Shown here: one piece after another, positions 1 through 7,176 of the stretch | Layout of the letters: each line of letters starts with the position of its first letter | Position numbering within the stretch: position 1 is the stretch's first letter | NCBI GenBank assembly: GCA_038078555.1 | Contig: JBBTYQ010000001.1 | Coordinates: forward strand, 60,966-124,965 | Length of the DNA stretch: 64,000 nt | Source: Patescibacteria group bacterium | GTDB taxonomy: Bacteria; Patescibacteriota; Minisyncoccia; UBA6257; UBA9933 | Direction of reading: 5' to 3' | Made by a program: the position numbers and the translations under genes | Notes under the pieces: generated by a model | The model's input: only the letters and a program-made list of their open reading frames with translations | The model's database searches: none | Told to the model about the DNA's origin: nothing

Positions 1-117
1 GGTAGTTGAATTAGAATTCGTGGAAGTTGCGGTTTGTCCGAAAACAACGCCTGACACGACAAACAAACCGATCATCAAAATAATTCCTGTTGTTAAAATT
101 AAATTTGTTTTTTTCAT
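1..117 (-). CDS. N-terminal fragment of a secreted protein; the start codon is near 115-117 and the gene runs off the left edge of the window
   Basis: Reverse-complement translation reads MKKTNLILTTGIILMIGLFVVSGVVFGQTATSTNSNSTT, a signal-peptide-like N-terminus. The ORF is open to the window edge. Confidence 0.4.
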   Translation of the reverse strand, partial: MKKTNLILTTGIILMIGLFVVSGVVFGQTATSTNSNSTT

Positions 118-294
118 ATTAAATTAAACTTAATAAATCTGGTTTTTCGACCTTTGCCTGCGCCTATGTAAAATCGCGAGAGCATTAGCTTCTCCTTGTA
201 AAAGACGAGGAGGAGACTTGCGTATTACACTCTCTACTAAAACACGGCTTAGTTTATTATATGCTAAAAATCATAAAAAGTCCTGCTAATAAAC

Positions 295-1461
295 TTAAAT
301 TTCCCCGTTTTTTATGTCTTTCCTGATTTTCTCCGCAAAACTGTTAAAAAAATGAAGGTTGTGAAAAGTAAGAAGGCTTAGAGCGGTAATTTCCTTGGCT
401 CTAAATAAATGCGCAATATAATCTCTCCGATAATTATTGCAAACAAAGCAATCGCAGTTTTTATCCAAGGGGTTTTCCCCATTTTTTTTATTGACTGGAA
501 GATTTAAAAATTTTGATTTCCCCAAATCCAGTCTGCCTAAACTCGTAAAAGCAATACCGCGGCGGGCGTAATGAGTCGGCGCTATGCAGTCAAAAGTATC
601 GATTCCTGATTTAATAATTATCGGCATGTCTTCCAAATGTCCGATACCCAATAAATGCCTTGGCTTGGTCTCGGGAAGCTCGTTGATAGTCCAGTTTATT
701 ATTTTTGCCATTTCCTTTTTATCGTCTCCGAATTCTCCGCCTATGCCGAATCCTCCAAAATCCAAAGAACTGATAAATTTTGCGCTCTCTATTCTTAAGT
801 CCTTAAATTTGCCTCCTTGAACAATGCCAAAAAGAGCTTGTTTTTTTCTTTGACTAGCGGATTTTACTTCCAAACATTTTTTTGCCCAAGCATGCGTTTT
901 TATAAGAGAATTTTTTGTATATTTATAATCAGCCAGCGGCGGAGTGCACTCATCAAAAGCAAAAATAATATCCGCTCCCAGGCTTTCCTGAATTTTAATT
1001 GATTCTTTGGGACCCAAAAAAAGTTCTCTTCCGTCTATAGGAGACCGAAAAATAACTCCTTGGTCGTTAATTTTTAAAAAAGAAGGCTGAGCTCCGATGC
1101 CGATTTTTATGTTTTGCTTTTCTTTTAAAATCTTGCCCACTCCGAAATCTCTGCCAAACCCAAGGCTAAAAACTTGAAATCCTCCGGAGTCAGTCATAAG
1201 CGGACGCGGCCAATTCATAAACTTATGAAGCCCTCCGATTTTTTTAATAATGTTTTCTCCGGGTTTTAAATGCAGGTGAAAAGTATTGCAAATGAGCATC
1301 TGGCACTTGGCTTTAATCGCTTCTTCGCTGGTTAAAGTTTTAACCGTTGCCTGCGTAGCCACCGGCACAAATGCCGGCGTTTCAATTTCTCCATGAGCGG
1401 TTTTTAAAATTCCCAAACGCGCTTTACTTTTCTTTGATTTTTTTAAAATTTTAAATTCCAT
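295..1461 (-). CDS. tgt: Queuine tRNA-ribosyltransferase (tRNA-guanine transglycosylase)
   Basis: 388 aa. Motifs NTFHLHLKPG and LMTDSGGFQVFSLG are present, with a C-terminal Zn site CDCFVCNNY...H. Collinear with bacterial Tgt. Confidence 0.9.
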   Translation of the reverse strand: MEFKILKKSKKSKARLGILKTAHGEIETPAFVPVATQATVKTLTSEEAIKAKCQMLICNTFHLHLKPGENIIKKIGGLHKFMNWPRPLMTDSGGFQVFSLGFGRDFGVGKILKEKQNIKIGIGAQPSFLKINDQGVIFRSPIDGRELFLGPKESIKIQESLGADIIFAFDECTPPLADYKYTKNSLIKTHAWAKKCLEVKSASQRKKQALFGIVQGGKFKDLRIESAKFISSLDFGGFGIGGEFGDDKKEMAKIINWTINELPETKPRHLLGIGHLEDMPIIIKSGIDTFDCIAPTHYARRGIAFTSLGRLDLGKSKFLNLPVNKKNGENPLDKNCDCFVCNNYRRDYIAHLFRAKEITALSLLTFHNLHFFNSFAEKIRKDIKNGEI

Positions 1462-1495
1462 CGTTTTCCGTGATTTAGATAAATACTATCAAAAC

Positions 1496-1531
1496 AAAAA
1501 CAGCCCCGCAATGCAGAGCTGTTTTTTTTAT
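1496..1531. terminator. Bidirectional hairpin terminator between tgt and the large secreted-protein gene
   Basis: aaaacagccccgcaatgcagagctgtttttttt: a GC-containing stem flanked by an A-run and a T-run. Confidence 0.4.
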
Positions 1532-1540
1532 TGTTTATTT

Positions 1541-4500
1541 CTACTCCCCTATCTTCAACCAATTCCTATTCATAATGGAGAAGTCTATGGAATTAACTAT
1601 AGTGTCTTTGTTGATGTCAGAGATTGGGTCTGATAGAAACCATTTGGAAGATAACATGGAGTAATCAAGAGAATTGATGACATTGTCTTGATTTAAGTCT
1701 CCGGCTGGTAAGGTTGGAATAGTGATGGTTGAGTTATTGGTAAGACTGATATTAGTTTGTTTTTTGGATAAGTAATAAGGTGATGATACTTTAACGTCGT
1801 AAGTGCTTGGAGCAATGGTTATTGAAGATAAAGTTATTGAGTTAGCAGTCGGGTTTTGAGTTGCGGTGTAGATTGCGGTTGAAGAACCCGGATTGTAAAT
1901 AGAGATGGTAAAGCTGTTGGAATTAATAGTAGTGTTTCTTTCAAGAGATAGGTTGAAAGAAACATTGGAGGTAGTGGAGACTGGCGGAGCTTGAGTCGTG
2001 GCTGAGGCTGATACTGATTGAGCTGATACATTATTTGCGGCGTCATAAGCGGAAACCGTATAAGAGTATGAAGTGCTTGGAGATAAGCCGGTGTCTGAAT
2101 AACTGGTAGTATTGGAAGTTCCAATTTGCGTACCTCCCCGATATATTCTATAGCCTGTTACTCCGACGTTATCAGTCGAAGCAATCCAAGAGAGATTAAT
2201 TTGAGTTGAAGAGATTGCAGTGGCTGATAGGTTTGTGGGTACTGATGGAGCCGTGGTGTCAGAAGGCGGCGGAGGCGGGATGACTGAACCAGTATAATTA
2301 GAAACACTGGAAAGTTCTTGCAAGGAAAGAATTCTATTATAAATCATTACTTCGTCGATTTTTCCGTTAAATGCTTGAGAACCGCTTGTAAAGGCGCCGA
2401 TTATAAAATTACTGGCTGAATCGTCAGTGGGAGCGCCGCTGCCTATTGATCTTGAAGTATAAGCGGTCTCGCTTACGCTTCCACCTGAAGGCGCGGTATA
2501 AAATCTTATGCCGTCAGCGCTGGAAAATGTTATAGCCGCAAACTGCCAGGCGCCCAGCGTGATGGAATCACTGGCCGCCACGGTTGACGCAATTCCATTT
2601 GCTCTTGTAATAAACGAGGAGAAAGTATTTGGTGTTTGAAGTTTTGTTCTTTTGTATTCGGTTGTTAAAGTGGCCTTATTAAATAATCTTCCGGATGAAC
2701 TGCCTCCCAAAGTATTGGGTAAAATCCACATGGTAATGGTAAAAGGGTCTAAATTATCCATGATTGTCGGACTGCCCAAGTCAACCATGTCGTTTACTCC
2801 GTCAAAGTTTATGGCTCCATTTACTTTTCCGGTTGTCCAGGTCGGTCCATTGGTCAATGTTCCGCTGTTGTTACTTGAAGAATCATTGGCAATTAAGCCG
2901 CTTCCTTCGTCAAAATTCCAATAGCCTATTAAGTTAGAAGGTAGCTGACTTGAACCTCCTGCTAAAGCCACGGAAAAAGATATTAGATAATCATCAGGAT
3001 TAGAATTATTGGATTGGTCTTGGCATCTGATGTAATAGGAGTAAGCTGAACCGCTTGATAAACCTGTTATCAAGACTGAATGATTGGTTGAGTTGGTAGT
3101 GGAGAAAGTATTGGGTATTGAGGCGTATGAAGTATTTGCCGTAGTTGAATATTTGCAAGTGGCAGTTTCATTGGTTGATAAGGATAAGGTAGTTTGAGTG
3201 GTTGAAGAAGGCAGACTGCCTGATGGAGCTCCACTTGATCTTACAGGAGGAGTGATGTCAGCTGTCGGAGCTTGAGTTGTAGCTGAGGCTGAACTTGATT
3301 GAGCTGATACATTACCAGCCGCGTCATAAGCGGCAACTGTATAAGAGTAGGCTGTAGAAGCCGTAAGTCCGGTATTTGAATAAGTTGTATTGGCGGTGGT
3401 AGCAATTTGCGTACCTGCTCGATATATTCTATAGCCTGTTACTCCGACATTATCAGTAGAAGCAGTCCAAGAAAGATTAATTTGAGATTGGGAGATTGCA
3501 GTGGCGGATAAGCCAGTGGAAACTGAAGGAGCGGTAGTATCAGAAGGCGGTGGTGGTGGTGGCGGCAGAGTTCCCGAACAAGTTGATAAAAGACCGATAC
3601 ATTCAGTGCCTGTTTGATAAGCGCCCATTACTTGACTCGAGCGTCCATTGGCCGGATATGAAGTTCTTTTGAAATCAGCGGGTTGATTGAATGTTCCAGA
3701 AGAATTAAGAAAATTAGGATTTGTTGTTATAGAGTTTTCATCGCAATTTATTCCGGTCGTACAACCAGCCCCAGCCAAAAAAGATTTCCAAGCCGAAAGA
3801 GTGGTTCCTTTGGAAGAACCGTTTACCCACCAACTAGTATTGCCGGCTCCGCTGTAATAATCGTTGTAATCTATATAATCAAAATCAGAGATCGTCCAGT
3901 TGGAAGAATCAAAACCCAAAAAATTTCCGCCTGTAGCATGATAATGAATATTATTCCAAAAATGAGACGCCTGAGACGTGCTTTGCCAATAACCGATGTC
4001 TCTGATATTGTTGTAAAACGTATTATTCCTTACGTAAAAGTAATTAGGCGCCCCGTTAGCCACGGAAACAGCCGTGCCGTTGTTTATAAAAACATTCTGA
4101 TAAATATCCGACCAATCAATGCCTACTTGAGTGTCTCCTTCAATTCCTTGAGGCATATTATGAAAAAAATTATAGCGCGCAGTCATTTGATTACCGCGGT
4201 CTTTCCACTTTATGCCTGTATTAAGGCCATCATAGAATTCGTTATTCTCTAAAATCATGCCTTTTGTCCCGTATGTTAAAATAAGAACGTCATTTCCCGA
4301 CCCTTGGGCCATTGCAGGCAAATTGTCGTGAATTTTATTATTTCGAACAAGCAAGTTTTCCATCCAGTCTGTAGGCGTTGTATTGGGAGGATTGCCTGTG
4401 GTGCGGATAACTGCGGGAAATCCCTGATAATCGCCACCGCCAGATAAATCGTTATTCTGTATAATAGAATTATCTCCGCCAGCGCCGACGTGAATATTAC

Positions 4501-4933
4501 CCCAGACATAAAATCCATCAATCGTAACATTGGCCGCGCCGATGGAAATCGTTTTGCAAAATCCGCAAGTGTTATAAACATTGCTTGAATGATTATTTGT
4601 GCTGGAGATCCAGACTACTTCTCCTGGCGCGGCTTTCCAGGTTGTATTTGCCACCGTGGCCTGAATGGCAGCGGCTGTGGTTCCGCTGGTATAAACCGCT
4701 CCGCCGGCTCGGGCATGCACGATTACCGTATCGCCGGGAACAACTCGCGTTCCCGCGTACCAAGGAGTTTTCCAAGGAGTAGACGCTGAACCGTTGTTAG
4801 TATCGCTGCCATTGTCATAATCAACATGATAAGTGGCGGCTTGAACGCTTAAAGTACTAAATAAAATTCCGAAAAATAAAAGCAACGCGAAAAAACCGAA
4901 CCATTTTAATTTTGTTAAAATCATTGCAAGCAC
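1541..4933 (-). CDS. Large secreted multidomain surface protein: signal peptide, right-handed beta-helix region, FN3-like domain, concanavalin/LamG-like lectin domain, second FN3-like domain, Ig-like segment, C-terminal dockerin-like repeat pair
   Basis: 1130 aa with an N-terminal hydrophobic signal peptide. Parallel beta-helix style motifs (NNDLSGGG, NNKIHDN, many N/G-rich turns). Two near-identical modules of about 100 aa begin PPPPSDTTAPSV..INLSW.ASTDNVGVTGYRIYR. (FN3-like). The MVDLGSP..FTITMWI segment is typical of the LamG/ConA-like fold. The C-terminus GDLNQDNVINSLDYSMLSSKWF...SDINKDTIVNSIDFSIMNRNWL resembles a dockerin Ca-binding repeat pair. Confidence 0.75.
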   Translation of the reverse strand: MLAMILTKLKWFGFFALLLFFGILFSTLSVQAATYHVDYDNGSDTNNGSASTPWKTPWYAGTRVVPGDTVIVHARAGGAVYTSGTTAAAIQATVANTTWKAAPGEVVWISSTNNHSSNVYNTCGFCKTISIGAANVTIDGFYVWGNIHVGAGGDNSIIQNNDLSGGGDYQGFPAVIRTTGNPPNTTPTDWMENLLVRNNKIHDNLPAMAQGSGNDVLILTYGTKGMILENNEFYDGLNTGIKWKDRGNQMTARYNFFHNMPQGIEGDTQVGIDWSDIYQNVFINNGTAVSVANGAPNYFYVRNNTFYNNIRDIGYWQSTSQASHFWNNIHYHATGGNFLGFDSSNWTISDFDYIDYNDYYSGAGNTSWWVNGSSKGTTLSAWKSFLAGAGCTTGINCDENSITTNPNFLNSSGTFNQPADFKRTSYPANGRSSQVMGAYQTGTECIGLLSTCSGTLPPPPPPPSDTTAPSVSTGLSATAISQSQINLSWTASTDNVGVTGYRIYRAGTQIATTANTTYSNTGLTASTAYSYTVAAYDAAGNVSAQSSSASATTQAPTADITPPVRSSGAPSGSLPSSTTQTTLSLSTNETATCKYSTTANTSYASIPNTFSTTNSTNHSVLITGLSSGSAYSYYIRCQDQSNNSNPDDYLISFSVALAGGSSQLPSNLIGYWNFDEGSGLIANDSSSNNSGTLTNGPTWTTGKVNGAINFDGVNDMVDLGSPTIMDNLDPFTITMWILPNTLGGSSSGRLFNKATLTTEYKRTKLQTPNTFSSFITRANGIASTVAASDSITLGAWQFAAITFSSADGIRFYTAPSGGSVSETAYTSRSIGSGAPTDDSASNFIIGAFTSGSQAFNGKIDEVMIYNRILSLQELSSVSNYTGSVIPPPPPSDTTAPSVPTNLSATAISSTQINLSWIASTDNVGVTGYRIYRGGTQIGTSNTTSYSDTGLSPSTSYSYTVSAYDAANNVSAQSVSASATTQAPPVSTTSNVSFNLSLERNTTINSNSFTISIYNPGSSTAIYTATQNPTANSITLSSITIAPSTYDVKVSSPYYLSKKQTNISLTNNSTITIPTLPAGDLNQDNVINSLDYSMLSSKWFLSDPISDINKDTIVNSIDFSIMNRNWLKIGE
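1975..2290. repeat. DNA-level copy B of the intragenic FN3-module repeat; partner at about 3245-3570
   Basis: Both copies encode nearly identical protein segments (poly-Pro, SDTTAPSV...TGYRIYR...ATTQAP). The nucleotide sequences are visibly similar. Confidence 0.6.
3245..3570. repeat. DNA-level copy A of the intragenic FN3-module repeat
   Basis: See the partner copy at 1975-2290. Confidence 0.6.
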
Positions 4934-4947
4934 TTTATTTCCTTAAA

Positions 4948-6771
4948 TTACCAGATTATGCTTTTAAATGCTTTTATAAATATTGTAAGTATATTAGGCA
5001 TAATATCAGAAGGCGGCGGCGAAATAAATTTTTCTGAAGGAACCGGACTTAAAAACGGCTCTTTATAAAGTAAATTATCAACTGACTCCTGCGGTATCGG
5101 CATTAAAGGAGCAAATGGCGAAATTATCCTTTGGGGAGACATTATTTCCTGAGTTGGCATTTGTCCTTCCTCCATCATTTTCTTAATCATATCGGGGCTA
5201 GGAATTATATTCTGATAATTATTAGGCGCCTCTCCGTAAAATGGCATTTCTTTAGCCGGCATCATTTGACCTTCGAATCCTTCACGGAACATTTCGCTTG
5301 GAATTTCTCCTTGAGGCATTTCACGATAAGGTGCTTCTTTGAATCCTTCAGGAAGTCCTTTGGGCAAATTAGCTGGTTTAAATTTTTCGCATTCTTCTTT
5401 ATGTGTTTGGTCAGAACAATATCTCGTGCAATCTTCGAATCCCGAACAACCGCCCGGTCCTCTCATTCTTTCCGGACTGCCAATCATTGGCATGCCCTCT
5501 TGCAATCTTCCTTCTTGAAGTCTCGCTGATTCGCCTTGAATCATAGACTTAGGCCTAAACCCTTCAAAACATTTTCTCATAGAATCTCCTATTTGCGGTC
5601 CGGGCATCAAAACGCCGGCTTGAATTTTCTCCAAAATTTCCAGACCTAAGTTTGATTTTAAACATTCTTGAACCTCAGAAGGCGCTCCAGAAAAATCATT
5701 CTTCATATGTTCAATCCCTTCTCTCATGTTTTCAATATCTTTTTCCGGAATCAGTCCGTGCTCTTTAGCAAAACCAAAACAAACTTCTGCGTTATTTGAG
5801 TTATTACAATATGCTTCGCATTCTTCTTTGCCCCGGCAATCGCCCGGTCCTTTACCGCCGGTTTTTCTAAACATTTCAGCTTCTTCCGGTTTCATAAAAC
5901 CGGCTTTAATAGCAAAATTAGCGCATTCTTCCGAATGTGTTCCATCTTCGCAATATGCTTCGCATTCTTCTTTGCCCCGGCAATCGCCCGGCATCTCGCC
6001 CGCTATCATCAATGGCATAATTCTTCTGGCTTCTTCAACTTCTTTCTCCTCAATAAAACCGGCCGCCACGGCAAAATTAAAACATTCTTCCATGTGAATT
6101 GATTCGGAACAATACACATCGCATTCTTTTCTCCCTCGGCAGTTGCCCGGCGGATTAATACCGGACTTAATCGCTTTCATTGCTTTTTTTGCTTCTTTAA
6201 GTTCTTTCTCAGGCATAAAACCCGCTTGTTCGGCAAAAGCCAAACACTCTTCCATGTGCTCGGAGTTATCACAATATAATTCGCAGTCTTTTTTGTTTTT
6301 ACAGCCGCCAGGAAGAGTTGCTCCTTCTTTCACTGTCTTAGCAACTAGTCTAGCTTCCCTTAGCTCTTCTTCGGAAATCAAATCATTTTCCTCGGCAAAA
6401 TTCAAACAAACTTCCATATTATTGGGATTATCACAAAAAGTCTCGCATTCTTTTTTATTTTTGCAGCCAGCCGGACCTTCGCCTATTTTAATAAAAGCTT
6501 TTGCCTTTCTAGCTTCTTCCTTGGAAATTAAATTATTTTTTTCGGCAAAATTAACGCAAGCACCAATATTTTCCGGCTTATCACAATAAGTCCGGCATTG
6601 AGTTTCATTTTTACAATTGCCTAGTTCTTTTACTGGATAGCTGATATCTAATTGTTGTGTTCCGATTTCTGTTTCCTGCGCCTGAGCGATTATAAAATAG
6701 CTGGTAAAAAATCCAGTAGCAATGATAGCTGCGCCTAATATTAAATTTATATTTATTCGCATTATTTTCAT
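4948..6771 (-). CDS. Secreted Cys-rich tandem-repeat protein: eight repeats of about 42 aa of the form C-x6-C-x3-C-x7/8-C-x2-FA, followed by a Met/Pro/Gln-rich low-complexity tail
   Basis: 607 aa. Signal peptide MKIMRININLILGAAIIATGFF. Repeat units include CKNKKECETFCDNPNNMEVCLNFAEENDLISEEELREARL, CRGKEECEAYCEDGTHSEECANFAIKAGFM and similar. The tail is rich in MP..QM motifs. Confidence 0.75.
   Translation of the reverse strand: MKIMRININLILGAAIIATGFFTSYFIIAQAQETEIGTQQLDISYPVKELGNCKNETQCRTYCDKPENIGACVNFAEKNNLISKEEARKAKAFIKIGEGPAGCKNKKECETFCDNPNNMEVCLNFAEENDLISEEELREARLVAKTVKEGATLPGGCKNKKDCELYCDNSEHMEECLAFAEQAGFMPEKELKEAKKAMKAIKSGINPPGNCRGRKECDVYCSESIHMEECFNFAVAAGFIEEKEVEEARRIMPLMIAGEMPGDCRGKEECEAYCEDGTHSEECANFAIKAGFMKPEEAEMFRKTGGKGPGDCRGKEECEAYCNNSNNAEVCFGFAKEHGLIPEKDIENMREGIEHMKNDFSGAPSEVQECLKSNLGLEILEKIQAGVLMPGPQIGDSMRKCFEGFRPKSMIQGESARLQEGRLQEGMPMIGSPERMRGPGGCSGFEDCTRYCSDQTHKEECEKFKPANLPKGLPEGFKEAPYREMPQGEIPSEMFREGFEGQMMPAKEMPFYGEAPNNYQNIIPSPDMIKKMMEEGQMPTQEIMSPQRIISPFAPLMPIPQESVDNLLYKEPFLSPVPSEKFISPPPSDIMPNILTIFIKAFKSIIW
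5770..6620. repeat. Tandem repeats of about 126 bp encoding the Cys-rich modules
   Basis: Recurring nucleotide strings such as gcattcttctttgccccggcaatcgcccgg and ttcggcaaaattaa... at roughly 126-bp spacing. Confidence 0.55.
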
Positions 6772-6798
6772 TTATTAGTAGCTTATTATTATATTGTT

Positions 6799-7083
6799 CT
6801 ATTGAAAGGGGTTTTTATAAACCTCTTTAAACGGATTGATTTTGGCCTCAAAAGGGTTGGTTTTTGTCTCATACGGATTAGTTTGCGGAATTTCCGCGGC
6901 TGGATTTTTTATTTCTTCATAGATCTGGCCCCCTAAACTCTCCGTTGATTCTTTAACCGGAACAATTGGCACAATTGACTCGGTTATTTTTTGATAATAT
7001 TTTTTCCAGACATAAAATCCGGCGAAAATAGACAAGACCAAAATTATCCCTGAAATTATTAAAACAATTTTCTTCTTATTCAT
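6799..7083 (-). CDS. Small membrane-anchored protein with TNPxE/NPF repeats
   Basis: 94 aa. N-terminal TM helix. C-terminal repeats TNPYETKTNPFEAKINPFKEVYKNPF. Confidence 0.4.
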   Translation of the reverse strand: MNKKKIVLIISGIILVLSIFAGFYVWKKYYQKITESIVPIVPVKESTESLGGQIYEEIKNPAAEIPQTNPYETKTNPFEAKINPFKEVYKNPFQ

Positions 7084-7176
7084 TTCCTTTTATTATATTA
7101 GATTGCGTAATAAAAAGCACTAATAATTAATGAATTGTGGATAAGATAAGTTTAATAAAGATGCTATAATTTCAAA

